Assembly (NCBI GenBank): GCA_964106645.2
Contig: OZ067039.1
Strand: one strand, 5' to 3'
From: Podarcis pityusensis
Taxonomy: Eukaryota
Length of the DNA: 64,000 nt
The notes under the pieces were generated by a model, which had not been told where the DNA came from, searched no databases, and saw nothing but the letters and a program-made list of their open reading frames with translations. Positions 1 through 12,400 of the stretch are shown here, piece after piece (within the stretch, counting starts at the first letter, position 1; each line of letters starts with the position of its first letter). Position numbers and translations under genes: made by a program.

Positions 1-62
1 TCAGTTTATTTAGCATGTGTTCGATTCTCCAACACAGAAGTATTTCCAGGGTAAAAAGAATC

Positions 63-341
63 TAGGCTTCCCATACGTCAGGAAAATTCCTGATATGTCC
101 CTGTTTTCAGGTGTAAAAATAGTGTCAGAGGGAATTTTGGCGAATGGGCAGATTGTCAGGGGAAACACAGATGTATGGCAACATGATGGAAAAAGCAGCG
201 GAAACAGCCCCAAAAACTTAAAATCACTATTTTGGGGGGAGGTTTCCCAAAAAAAACTCAAAAAATTGGGGGTCTTCCTAAAAAAAACCTCAACTTTTCG
301 GGTGTCAGGAATTTTACTTCTGGAAAAAAATGGCAACTCTA
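63..341. mobile_element. Non-autonomous hAT (Blackjack-like) DNA transposon
   Basis: Degenerate TIRs taggcttcccata / tggcaactcta resembling TAGGGTTGCCA; repeated gtcagg subterminal motifs; agaatc on both flanks; internal second right-end-like tatggcaac at about 174-182. Confidence 0.55.
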
Positions 342-786
342 TAGAATCAATAACATCAGCATAAAATCTCATGCAACAACATAAACAGGACAGAGTAAGA
401 CCAGCAGGTTTAAACACAGATGATGAAATGACTCAGCAACGGTTTTAAGGGCGGGGCAGAAATGACATCAAAGTATATGTCAGGCACACATCCCTGGAGA
501 GAGCATTCCCTTAACAAGGCAGTGAGGATGCTCCTTTCGGTGGTCCCCATCTTTTCCCCTGAAAATGCCCAAGGTATAATGCTGTTCTGAGGAATGCCAA
601 GAGGATGTCCGGCACTGTCATGAATAGTAAGTAAAAAGGACTGCCCCCTGTCACCACAAATGATAAGCCTGTCCCTAAATTTCAAAGAATTTTGCTCCCC
701 AACCAAAAAGTAATCACCAGTTTCAGGGATTCCTGAATTCCCCTGCTTAGAAGTTCTTAAGTGAGAGCTTTTTTTCTGAACCCTAA

Positions 787-1112
787 GCCATATTCACCCC
801 AGGCATTCAAAGTATCATCATACCATTTCAACGAGTCATGGCTTCCCCCAAAGAATTCTGGGAGCTGTATTTTGTCAAGGGTGCTGAGAGTTGATAGGAG
901 ACACCTATTCCCCTCACAGAGCTACAGTTCTCAGAGTAGTTTGATGATCAATCCATCTTCCCAGGGAACTCTGACAATTGTAGCTCTGTAAGGAGAATCG
1001 GGGCCTCCTAACAATTCTCCACACCTTTAACAAATAACAGTTCCCAGAATTCTTTGAGGAAAGCTGTGACTGTTTAAAATTGGCACCATAAATGTATGGT
1101 GTGAATGGGACC
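787..1112. mobile_element. Palindromic MITE, PIF/Harbinger-like
   Basis: Long inverted arms (gaattctgggagctgtattttgtcaagggtgctgagagttgataggag vs ctcctaacaattctccacacctttaacaaataacagttcccagaattc); termini ..attcacccc / ggtgtgaatgggacc; flanked by TAA and TTA. Confidence 0.7.
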
Positions 1113-2404
1113 TTAATGTATATAATAAAGCCTGTAGCACAAGTGTGGTTAGGGATTGATGTTAGTCTTGTAAAGATTCGGTATTTCGATTGTACACTTT
1201 TCCACTTGTTTCCCTCAGACTGCTAAGGCTGGCGGGGGGGAGAGGGGGGAATGACCAGGCAGTCAAACTGCAGAACCGTGAAAAGGTCATATAATGAAAT
1301 GTATAATGTATTTAGTGCGTATTACGCAGCTGTCTTCCCCTGAATTTATGGAGGGTTTAAAAACCTCTTGCAACAAAGATCATAATGGGAACTGAAAATG
1401 CCACAACATAAATTGATTTTGTGCTAATGATTGTGACAAGAATTGAAAATAAATGGATGCAAACATTACCTTTTACACTTAAAACCTGTCTTGAGACATT
1501 ATGTAAATGTAATTGCATGGCCTGCTTCATATCGTTACTACCCTAGCTTTAGAGATAGAGAGATATGCACACATACACACGTATATGCAAAGAGATAGGG
1601 TGGGAAGAGACGGTTTTCTCACAGGTGTCTGTTTGGCCACTGTGAGAATACGATTCTGGACTAGATGGGCCGTTGACCTGATGCAGCAAACTCTTCTTAT
1701 ATTCTTATGTATTTATAACATCAAATCAAACAACTTTAAACTACTCACTCCTATTGACTTTACCAAGAGGATATAACATGCTTTGGTGTATGATGGAAGA
1801 CTAAATTAAGAAGGCAAACTCAAGTCTCCTGTGGGCTCAAGATCCAAAAATTCGATAATATAGCTTTCCCCCATTCATTGCATGGAGCAAGTAGACTGGT
1901 CAGTTGTGAGGATTATGAGATTGTGAGTGTGCATCTCCTTTGTCTATTTATTTTAGCAATTTACTTCCTACTTCTTTCCAGGGTGGCTTACAAAGAGTTA
2001 AAATCACAATGTCTCAAGGCATTACTTGGGCTTAAAGCTTAAGTTGCTTGAGCTCATTATTTGAGCTCTGAACTCAATTGCAGAGAGCAAAGGCTGTATG
2101 TGTACAAAAGGGGGCTATGCACAACCCACCCACCCCCCATTTCCCAAAATGCCCATGTGCATTGCCTGTATGTGTGTGTGTATAGGTGGGAAGCCCTATG
2201 ACATTCTCCAAATGTGAATGCTGCACGTCATCTCCTCACAAATAATGGTTAAGCAGTAGTGGGACATAATGGCCTCTTTTTAAAATAATGTTAACCATTG
2301 ATGAGATATAGATAGAGAGATACTTCAACTGTCTGCTAAGAGACAAACTAGTAAAAAGGTGAATGGTGAAGGTTAAACCTCATGTATGTGTATGTATGTA
2401 TGTA

Positions 2405-2406
<2 letters not shown>

Positions 2407-2441
<35 letters not shown>
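2407..2441. repeat. (TG)n microsatellite, continued at 2947-2965 after two MITEs
   Basis: Direct reading. Confidence 0.9.
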
Positions 2442-2442
<1 letters not shown>

Positions 2443-2443
<1 letters not shown>

Positions 2444-2684
2444 AGTGGTACCTCTGGTTACGTACTTAATTTGTTCCGGAGGTCCATTCTTAACCTGAAA
2501 CTGCTCTTAACCTGAAGCACCACTTTAGCTAATGGGGCCTCCTGCTGCCGCCGCACCGCCGCCACACGATTTCTGTTCTCATCTTGAAGCAAAGTTCTTA
2601 ACTCGAGGTACTATTTCTGGGTTAGCATAGTCTGTAGCCTGAAGCGTATGTAACCTGAATCATATGTAACCCGAGGTACCACTG
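2443..2684. mobile_element. Tc1/mariner (pogo/Tigger-like) MITE, family A
   Basis: TIRs CAGTGGTACCTC / GAGGTACCACTG, TA on both sides; close second copy at 12530-12755. Confidence 0.9.
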
Positions 2685-2686
2685 TA

Positions 2687-2946
2687 CAGTCATACCTCGG
2701 GTTGAAGTAGCTTCGGGATGAATATTTTTGGGTTGTGCTCTGTGGTGACCCAGAAGTAACGGAGTGCGTTACTTCCGGGTTTTGCCGTGCGCACATGCGC
2801 AGGCGCTCAAAATGACATCATACACATGCACGGAAGCGGCGAAACGCAAGCCACGCACGCGCAGACGCGTAGTCGCATCTTACATTCACTTCAGGGTGTG
2901 AACGGGGCTCCAGAACAGACCCGTTCGTAATCCAGAGGTACCACTA
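2687..2946. mobile_element. Tc1/mariner (pogo/Tigger-like) MITE, family B
   Basis: TIRs cagtcatacctcgggtt / agaggtaccacta; shares the TA at 2685-86 with the preceding MITE; CpG-rich interior. Confidence 0.8.
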
Positions 2947-3496
2947 TGTGTGTGTGTGTGTGTGTAGATATAGATATAGATATAGATTGTGTAAGATATG
3001 CATATGGTCAGAATGAAAGCTTTCAAGCTTCAGCAGTAAGTGCCATATTCAATTTCTTATGTTCAGGGAAGAAATTGTTGCAGGAGTGGTAATGATGGAA
3101 CGGGAGGTGGGGGAGGGAAATATGACAGTTAGATGAAAATTACCACATTAAGATTTGCCCATATCTGCATTTTCAGCAGAACCCTTTGAAACTGAAACAA
3201 CTAAATCATATGAAGAGCTATGGGATTTTAAGTTCTCTTGACTGTGCTGTGCTAATTGGAAGGCTTTATGAAAGAGAAAGGGAAATAGACCTATCTGGAA
3301 AATGAGCATATTGTTGAATAAATAAAAATGAATAAGGCACTGTTGCAGTAAATTTAAGGCCTTCTGCAAAAAAGAAAAAAAGGGGGGGGAGGAATTGTCT
3401 TCTTTAGGCCAAAATGATGAGAAATCTTGTGCAAAGGACAGCTACCACATGAAAACAAGTTCATAAACAATGCAAGCTTGAGTGCATGTGAATTCA

Positions 3497-3886
3497 GTTG
3501 CCTTATACTGCATCAGCCACTGGTCCTTTTAGCCCAATGAAAGGGGTCTTTCCCATCATCTATGTCTTGGTGTAGTGGTTAAGAGCAGTAGTCTCGTAAT
3601 CTGGGGAACCAGGTTCGCGTCCCCGCTCCTCCACATGCAGCTGCTGGGTGACCTTGGGCCAGTCACACTTCTCTGAAGTCTCTCAGCCCCACTCACCTCA
3701 CAGAGTGTTTGCTGTGGGGGAGGAAGGGAAAGGAGAATGTTAGCCGCTTTGAGACTCCTTAAAGGGAGTGAAAGGCGGGATATCAAATCCAAACTCTTCT
3801 TCTTCTTCTTTAACTGGAGATACCTAGGATCAAATCTGTGAGCTTATGCATGCAAAGCGTGAGCTGCTTCACTGAGCTAGAGCCCC
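3497..3886 (-). mobile_element. Old tRNA-derived SINE (Squam2-like), split by a younger SINE
   Basis: Minus-strand head ggggctctagctcagtg..tttgcatgca.. at 3811-3886 and tail ..gtataaggcaac at 3497-3560; a related head lies at 57940 (+) and a related tail at 57175 (-). Confidence 0.55.
3564..3810 (+). mobile_element. tRNA/CORE SINE (Squam3-like, Ther1/MIR-derived)
   Basis: A-box tggtgtagtggtt, B-box-like ggttcgcgtcc, CORE-type ctgggtgaccttgggccagtcac, (CTT)n tail. Confidence 0.85.
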
Positions 3887-4290
3887 TACTCTTTACTCTT
3901 AGAACAGTAGATGAAAACCCTTTCTAAGCATCTCAGTGCTAAGATTGGAGATAAGCATCTATCCGCTTTTTAACAGTAAAAGGTAGCATGTGGAGGCTCA
4001 TTTCCAATTTTAGGCAGAGACCTATCTATGTGCTGTGGTTCCACAGCACTGCACTCAAGAGATAACTGCCTGCCTGCTCTTTAAAAGGCAGCAGACATGG
4101 ACTTGGTGCTGTGGGACCACAGTGCTAAGTTCAGAGATAACTCTCTGCTACTACTTTAGTGTCAAAGGCCAGGCAGAAGCTTATCTCCAGTCTTGTCACT
4201 ATAGTCCAACAGCACTAAGATTAGGGAGAAAAGCAATGCATCCCAGTCTTTGACCATAAAAGGCAGCATTGCCACCCATTCCTAAAGCTA

Positions 4291-4633
4291 AAAGGTAAAG
4301 GTAAAGGACCCCTGACAGTTAAGTCCAGTCACGAACGACTCTGGGGTTGCGGCGCTCATCTCGCTTTACTGGCTGAGGGAGCTGGCGTTTGTCCACAGAC
4401 AGTTTTTCCAGGTCATGTGACCAGCATGACTAAGCCGTTTATGGCGAAACCAGAGCAGCGCACAGAAACGCCGTTTACCTTCCTGCCAGAGCGGTACCTA
4501 TTTATCTGCTTGCACTTTGACGTGCTTTCAAACTGCTAGGTTGGCAGGAGCTGGGACAAGCAATGGGAGCTCACCCCGTCGTGGGGATTCGAACTGCCGA
4601 CCTATCAGCAAGCCCTAGGCTCAGTGGTTTAGA
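4291..4633 (-). mobile_element. Sauria SINE, slightly 5'-truncated
   Basis: (ACCTTT)n tail read as aaaggtaaaggtaaagg on +; B-box gttcgaatcc on minus; body matches the recalled Sauria SINE; perfect 10-bp TSD cctaaagcta (4281-90 and 4634-43). Confidence 0.92.
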
Positions 4634-4779
4634 CCTAAAGCTAGCAATGGCTAAAAAGCTAGAGAGGTAGCACAGGCCAGCTTTTTGCCACTACTATCAG
4701 ATGCTGCAAAAGGCCTGTGTGTCAACTTCCTAAGTGTATAAACAACTGAGAGGTTGAGGTGTGCTAAGTGTTATTCTGT

Positions 4780-4945
4780 TTTAATCCTTAGAGCAACATT
4801 GTAAAATAAGACAGTATTGTTATTCTCTGTGATGCCAATAGGAGAACTGAGGCTGGGAGAGAGTGGCTTACCTGAGGCCATATAATGGGTTTGTAGCACA
4901 GGTAAGATTTAAACTAGAGACTTCCTGATCTGTAGCTCAGTCTCT
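4780..4945 (-). mobile_element. MIR/Ther1-like SINE relic
   Basis: Degenerate CORE motifs aatcct..caac..tgt, gagaactgaggctgggagagagtggcttacctgaggcca. Confidence 0.5.
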
Positions 4946-4946
4946 T

Positions 4947-5037
4947 GCAGTGCAATCCTAAGCGTGTCTACTCAGATGTAAGTCCTATTAAATTCAGTGG
5001 GACTTACTTGCAGATAAATGGGGTTAGGATTGCAACC
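4947..5037. mobile_element. Short (~90 bp) palindromic MITE; degenerate relatives near 10470-10552, 11875-11950, 35500-35590, 56015-56100, 60260-60335
   Basis: TIRs tgcaatcctaa / ttaggattgca; inner hairpin gtaagtcc..ggacttac; TTA flank. Confidence 0.7.
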
Positions 5038-6266
5038 TTAACCACTAGATGCTGCACAACACACTACTATATTATTAAATTCTGAAAACATGCATTGCCT
5101 GAAAAATCGGTTTCTGTTCATGATAACATTATACTGTCAGAATCATTATGCAATGAGGATGTAACGCATGATGATCCTATGCAACATTCATTTCCAGGTG
5201 CACCCAACCTAAATACAGTACTATAATTTTAGTGGTAATTCTACGTGTCAGGCTATGTTAAAAAGACAGTATCACATATGAAGTTTTTCACTGCCTTCAT
5301 TCTGAAGCTCACAGAGGACCAGTGATCATTAGAGGTTTTTGACTAAGGCCAAGATGAGGACAGCCTTAGATCAGAAACCAAAGAAGCAGAGACCAGAAAC
5401 AGAATAAGTAAAGTGAAAAACATTTCAAAGTGGTGCCATATTATTCTTTATTTCCTCATTATTTTGCCATCTCCTTGAATTAAATTCATATTTCCCATAG
5501 GAATCACACCAATTTAAATAATCATTCCTTAGTTGAAGTCATGCAATTTCATCCTATTATTTTAATCCATTCATCTGATTACCAAAGTAGAGCTGATATT
5601 TAGTTTCCTTGTGTTACTACTGCAATCCAGTCACTAATCGGTGACGCCTGTGAAAGTGCTAATATTTTGCTCTATGAGATTGTAGCAGATAATTTGTTGT
5701 TCTGATTTTCATAGACAGATGAATATGATAAAAGGGTAACTTTCTCATAAAATGCCAGCATGTTTGATGCGGCAGACACATTTGACAAGTAAACAGGACA
5801 CCTGATTTATAGTACACCATGTGGAACTTGCTGTGATTAGACTTTTAATGATGATAAAATGTTTGTGACTAAGACACAAGGAGGACAACCACATATTTTA
5901 TAATAAACAAGAGCAAGCAGCAGAATCTGCCCACATCATGATATCTGTAGCAAGGCTTATTTTCTTCAACTAAGTTTACTCATTCAAGAAATAACATAAC
6001 ATGCTTAAAATAAGACATTTTTATTGACATTTATCTTGCCTAGAAGATACCAGATTTCTCTGTAAAGAATTCATCTCATATTGTGGGCTAGATAAAATAA
6101 ATTAACATGAAGAGGTTTTAGTCAATGCATTATGCATTGTTCAGATCTGCAGCCAGAATGCCAGTTTATACTTTTGCTACTGGAAGGGAAGCTCTTTGCT
6201 TCTTAAGTGACCCACATAAGAGACAGTACCCCAGCAAACAAGCCTCAGCCGTGGTCTACACGTATA

Positions 6267-6479
6267 CAGTTGTACCTTGGTTCTTGAATTTAATCCATTC
6301 CAGGAGTCCGTTTTGACTCCCGAAATGGTTCAAAAAACAAGGTGCAGCTTCTGATTGGCTGCAGGAACCGCATCGGACGTTCAGTTTCCAAAAAACATTC
6401 GCAAACCGGAACACTCACTTCTGGGTTTGTGACGTTCGGGAGCCGATTTGTTTGACATCTAAGGCATTCAACTACCAAG
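6267..6479. mobile_element. Tc1/mariner (Tigger-like) MITE, right end truncated
   Basis: TA then cagttgtaccttggtt left TIR and ttaatccattccaggag subterminal motif shared with families A/B; ends at ..accaag without a full TIR. Confidence 0.65.
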
Positions 6480-6739
6480 CCAGTGTTAAAATGGATTGTA
6501 CCATGAGACTAAAAGTGGGGGCTTTTGTTTCGGAATGCTCTCTTATTCCCTGCAAGAAGATGTAGATATCAGGGGCATCTGTTGTAGCCATTCCCTTGTC
6601 CCTGCTGTGGTAGTTTACAATTTACAGAGTGATGTTATTGTTAATTCAGGGGCATATTTAGAAAAGTGATTTCCTGCCTGAAGCCTAAAATTTTGCTTTC
6701 CGTTCTACCACCTCAGGACTCTACCACCTCATTCCAGAA

Positions 6740-6915
6740 ATTGAGGGTCCCAATAGAATACATATGCAGTTGACATGCAGCTGCTCCTTCTTTTTCTGAA
6801 CCAGTGTATAAGGATAGTTCAGAAGTGAATGTGGACAAATTTAGGCTTAATCCAGACAAGATAGAATTGCAGATACCAGGCAGAAGAGTGAGCTGTTGGG
6901 TAAGCTCTGTTCTTC
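6740..6915 (+). mobile_element. Degraded L2-clade LINE reverse transcriptase fragment
   Basis: Decayed YA(D)D(T)QL motif (tatgcagttgacatgcagctg), then LNQC.. and RLNPDKIE, resembling the LKLNPDKTE motif. Confidence 0.55.
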
Positions 6916-9304
6916 CCTGCCTTTGCTCCATTATGAACACACATGCCAGGCTCCAGTTTCAGAACAGATTCTTACTAGGGATTCCTTTCTTTAACATATA
7001 CTGGTGGTTTTTTTCTGGAGACCTTAACATGTGGGACACAACTTGCCCAACTAGAAATATACTTTGCCCCTTCTGTGCCCTCCTTCCAGAGCTGATCTTT
7101 TTTTCCTGATGCCACCACTACCTCCATCACTTTCTCCCTGGCTGTCTGGTATAGTCAAGGGAAGGACACCTATTTCTGCTGAAGGTGATGCCTGCTCTCA
7201 ACTTAGGATAGGAGGTCCAGAAAAGCAGCCAGGGGAAACTAGCCTTGCCTTGTCTGGTGCCTCATCTCCCATTGCTTAATATAAAGATACAACTGTTCAT
7301 TGATTTCCCCATAATACTCACTGGGGAGGCATGAAACTTCAGTTTTCTGAACTGGGCTTCTAAATTGGACCTGCAGTGAAGTAGGCAGCGATCAAAGTGG
7401 TTCAAGCCAAACTGAGCTGATTTCTGAATTGGGAGTCCTAATCATATTTGGTACACACCCCAAATTCCTACCCCTCCTCTAATAAATCACCCAAGCTTAA
7501 TTTTTTTAAAAAAAATTAAGGTCCACCCCCAGGACCTAGAATATCTGCTAAGTTACATGTTTGTTTGGCAGTCCCCTATAAAAAAGAAAATCCATTAAAA
7601 GAAATATTAAAATATTGCTCTGCTCAGCATGTGGAAATAATGGCTTTCTGCCTGCTACCACAGGCAGCCAGTTGACTTTCTGCACGGCCAGGTAAAGAGG
7701 AAGGTAGTTATTTGTTTGTAAAAAACAAAGGCTGGCCAATCCACACTCTGCACATCTGGACAGGAAGCGCTGTTAGTCTAACCACCAGGCAAATCAGGAT
7801 GAATGCTGAACAAACAGATTGTCTGGATGAACCTTAAGTACTTTGACCATGACAAAGTGGATGTGTAGAGCATTTCCTGACAGACACAGTTCTGTGGATC
7901 AGTAATAAACCTCTTATTGCCCAATTATCATGTACCAGTTGATCATTGGTATTTGCCAACTGCAAATACAGGATCTGGAAAAAAGCAAACCAGCTGTTGT
8001 CCTGCCAGAGTTTGTGCCAAGGATTGGAATACCATTGGCTTGGAGTCATCCCATGCCCATGTATAAAGCACTACACACTCTGGATTTGTTCCTCTCGCTT
8101 TTGGCCACATGAGAGGGGTGAGGGTGAGGGAGGCAAATACAGATGTAACTGGGTAACAGGAATGCCACCTGTCAGAAAAGCTATTTGAATGCATTGCTGC
8201 CACTTGTGTAGTTTGTTATTGGTCCAATTCCCTCCACACAAAAGCTTCAAGGGAGCAGGGAGACCTCTGTTTTTATAGTAAAATTTGAGCAGCTGTAGTT
8301 AATTTCAGGCTTAGCTTCCCTAGCTTTACGCCAGTGTAGAGGTTCCAAGGAAATGAACTGTCAAATGTAATTTTTGTCTATCTCTTAAAGGAAAAAAAAA
8401 GCTTGATAGAATTTTATGCTTATAGGATAAATCTGCCTAGCGGATCAGCCATACAACACAATTTTAATTACACTTACCATCCTTCACTGCATTCTTTCAT
8501 TCTCTGGCTGAATCGTATCGGAGCGAAGGTCTGTGAGATGTGTTGTGGTCTGCTAAGCACCAAGTCTGAAAGTTTGCTTTGTCATTGTTTTAAATAAATA
8601 AAACTCACACTGGTGTTTTAGAGAGCAGTGGCGATTATATAAAAAGATGTTGCATATGTGGCAGACACAAGCTACACAAACTACTACATGCTTTCCTTTC
8701 CTGAGGGGGTTGAGGATACTGAAGAATCACTGGCAGAACTTTCAGAAATGAATGACAACAAAGGAAGTGCAGAAGTGCTGAAGCAGACCAGAAGCATGTT
8801 ATGGAAGATAATTATTGCCAGTTGTTCATTATGTATCATGCTATGGTTAAGTGAGTTTTATTGCCTTTATTTGCATTGTAACTAGAATTTTCCTGGTCGT
8901 CGCATGTCACTGCTGTATCTTTCCAGTATCTAAATGTAAATCTGTTGTAGCTGCCTTTATCAATTCAGATTTTTTTAAAAAAAACCCACAAAGGAAACAA
9001 ATGAAGGCTTGTCACTTAAGATAACTATGAACTGACAAGTTTTTCTACACACATCATTTGCCATGTAAAATATTGAGGTGGCTACATTGCAGATGCCTCA
9101 CTTAAATGCTGTTGCCTCATAAGCAGATAATTTTGTAACTTCATTTTACAACTGAACACACCCATACAAATACAATGACATTTTTCTTTTTGTTCAAACT
9201 GAACTGAGAAAACATAGTCAAGGAGAATATTTATTTCTATGTAGTTGTGGTATTCCTATCCTACAACTTCTGTGCTGTGGTTTTTCCGCAGTCGGTACAC
9301 CATA

Positions 9305-9495
9305 GTCACATTCATAACATACATTTAATGCACATATAAAGTACATGAATTTCATCAAAAAAACCTGGAAACTGTAGTTTGTGAAGGGTGCTGGGAATCA
9401 TAGCTATCTGAGGGGTAGACAACACTTCCCAGGATTCCTTGGGGGAAGCCATCTTTGTTAAGTGTGCTTTAAATGTATTGTGTGGATATGAGGCC
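9305..9495. mobile_element. Palindromic MITE related to 787-1112
   Basis: Shares ctggaaactgtagtttgtgaagggtgctg and ttcccaggattccttgggggaagccat; inverted catacatttaatgcaca / tgtgctttaaatgtattg. Confidence 0.6.
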
Positions 9496-12400
9496 AATCC
9501 ACACTGTTTTTCTCTGATCACATTAAGGCAATGTTGCATGTATGATAAGTTTGTTATTTCTCAATGTCCGTAGTATAGAGTCTTTATGGGACCCCACATA
9601 GAAAATTATGTCATCATAATATTTTATACTGCCTTGGTTCGAATATACTGCTAGGATTTGCCTCCATTCTGGGTTTTCCTACATGTAGTGTCTGAGCATG
9701 CTGAAAACTTTTGTACATGCTCAGTAGGGATGGTTGAAGCACCTGCCCTTACTCACAGGATAAGCAACCTTAAAAAGAAAATATTTAAGTTCTGCAAGTG
9801 GTTCTTCAGTATCCTTAACCCCCTCCAGAAGGAAAAATGTAGTAGTTTGTATTTGCCACATATGCAACGTCTTCATAAATAAGTGCCACTGTTCTCTAAA
9901 ACACCAGTGTGAAGATTTTGATCACCTGAAACAGGTGTATGCCTTGTCTAAGGTAATGTCTGACTGCAACTCCTAGTGATGCCTCTCCATGTACCAACTT
10001 TTCTCCTTGCCTAGTAATTTGAGTTCCCCATTTTTGTGGGACATCTGAGTTCGCATTCTGTGGTTCCCACTTCATGTACAAGAGTGCACTTGTATTTTTA
10101 TATTAGCTCAGTACTTCTCCAGCTTTGCCCTTTCCCCTTTATTCATCTGCCCCTAGTATCACTACTTATTTTTCCCCATTTTAGCTAAGTCCCCCCCATC
10201 AGCAAGCTTGAACTTTGTTCTTCCTAGGCATCTCCCTTTGAAATCCAGTTTGTCCCTCTTGCCAACAGTTAAAAAGAATGTTTAAGATCAGAGTATCAAT
10301 ATATCAAATAAAGCTTTCCAGAACGGGTAGAGGTCTTCATGTCCTACATAGGATTATGAGAACTGAATAAAAGAAGAAATGTGTAGGGCTATAAAAGGTT
10401 TTTCTTCTGAATGGAAATCTTGGCATGTCATGTCCGAAACAAACTATACCAGTGCAAAGAAGGTCTAACTCTGTGGCATGCTTTACTGAGAGCTGTTCCA
10501 TTGCACTCAATGGGATGCACTGTTGAGTACGTGTGCTTAGGACTGCAGCCTTAGTCTACCAATTTTATCTTTTAGGCAATCCTACTGTTTGCTTTTCCTG
10601 CTGAAATCCTCTTTCTTATCAGTGTGCCAGTTCTGCTCATTTTGCACACCATCTGGGGATCAATACTGAGTCCTAGTACAGCTTTTTTTGCTGCTTAAAG
10701 CCGCCAGGAAGCTAATCTACAGGAACAGTCAAGGATTTCCTGAGACATAGAGGAATTCGTAGATGCCACTAAGGCTGCACAGGCTCGTGCTTATTTTATT
10801 TGTCTACAAATCTCTCTGTAGTTCTCAGCCATTGCTTTCAGAGATCATTTTTGACTCGTCATGAGCAGTGGACAGATGGTCTTTTCAAGTGCAGTGCCTA
10901 ACACTTCATCAGGTCACGTTTCCAGTGATCTCATTGAGCCATGGGTTGCACAGTCTTTATTGCATCTCCCAGCATAGGAATTAAAGGAACTGACTATTCA
11001 TCCAGCTCTTGGGAAGCAATAGTGGAAATGCTGTAACAGAGAGAAGGGCAAAGAGATCAGGATTGTACAACAACAAGTATCATAATAAGGTTTATGCAGT
11101 TTAAAAGAAAGACATGTCATAAATGTGAAAAATAAATTTTGTAGAAGACGTTAAAAGCTTTTGTGAAGGTACACCCATATGTTCAGGTAAAATTACTTTT
11201 CCTTTTATTAACTACGCACACTCTCTTGCCACCAGTAGCACCTTGGTTGCTTTGTTCTTTATTTCAGTGTGTACACAGCAGCCAGATGTAACATCTTTTC
11301 ACATGTGCAATCCTTAGCGCTGTGAGAATTAAGACCCCTGATAAACTGGCCACAGAACTGCAGTGCTATATAAGCGAATTAGCATTTCAGACAGAATTTC
11401 ATTCAGCCCTGCCAAAGTGGTGAGACCAGCATCCGAAACAAAAATTGGTTTACCGATGTCAGTCTCCAGTGAAGATATTTGACGTTGATCGCTCCTCGCC
11501 GTGCTCCCCATAGCCACCTGTCTGCTTCCTGTGTGCCTGGCTTCCCTTCTTTGGGAATCGCCCTTCAGTGACTGCTGAAAGGGGGAAGGCTGGTGAGGTG
11601 TAAACGGGAAGGTTGTATAAGCTGTGAGCCAATGGTGGTTAGCAAAGCTTAGGGGGTTCAATAGGGGTGGAAGGTAGAAAGGATTGATGGGCAAAGTGAG
11701 CAGGGCCACATACATAAAGTGGCATCAGGTGCTTTATAAAATTGCATTGGCAAGTAATAGATGGGTGCCCAATCTCCCTCTAGGAGCGTGCAATCTAAAC
11801 AAGACAATGGAAAAAAACAGAAGAGGGAAAAGAGACAAGGGTAATGAAGGGTGACTTGAATCTACTTCCTATACAGCACTCCTATACTCTTCAAAGTCCC
11901 ATTGAACTGAGTAGTGCTTCTGAGTAGACATGGAGGGGTTAGAAGTGCAGAAATCAAAGACATTTGCAAACAGTTCTACATTCATAGCTTCATTGCTTCC
12001 AAATATATCACCATTTCTGAAACCAGTAAAATGTTTTATTCGTAGCTCATTTCTCTGTATCTGTGTGGCTTTTTAGATTTGGGATTGCTGGCTTTTCTAA
12101 GAGAAGTGAATTTATAAATGCTGAATGGGAGAAGCCAGCTGCGAGAAGTCACAATTTTGTTTGTTTCTGAATTTTGTCACCCTGAGCAATCTGTCCATTT
12201 GGAGAGGGCAGGATAAGGGGTAGATGGGTTATTTCCGTTTTATTCTTTCATAGCAAAAGGTCAGAGGACAACAGTTCTAAATGATAGGATGAGAAATGTC
12301 TCAATCTTCAGGCCATTTTTCCAAAGTAATTTAAAAATGCTGCGCTCAAACTTCCATTGACTTTTATGGATTTTGTTTGATTTATGTAGACCTAGCTATT

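Noticed and set aside
10-417. Overlapping 135-aa and 115-aa ORFs
   Set aside because: They lie over a non-autonomous DNA transposon; no recognisable protein.
3564-3640. tRNA gene
   Set aside because: A/B boxes belong to a SINE head; no complete cloverleaf, and it continues into SINE body and tail.
8658-8885. 75-aa ORF with acidic stretch and hydrophobic tail (micropeptide-like)
   Set aside because: GTG start, no recognisable homology, no supporting splice or promoter structure.
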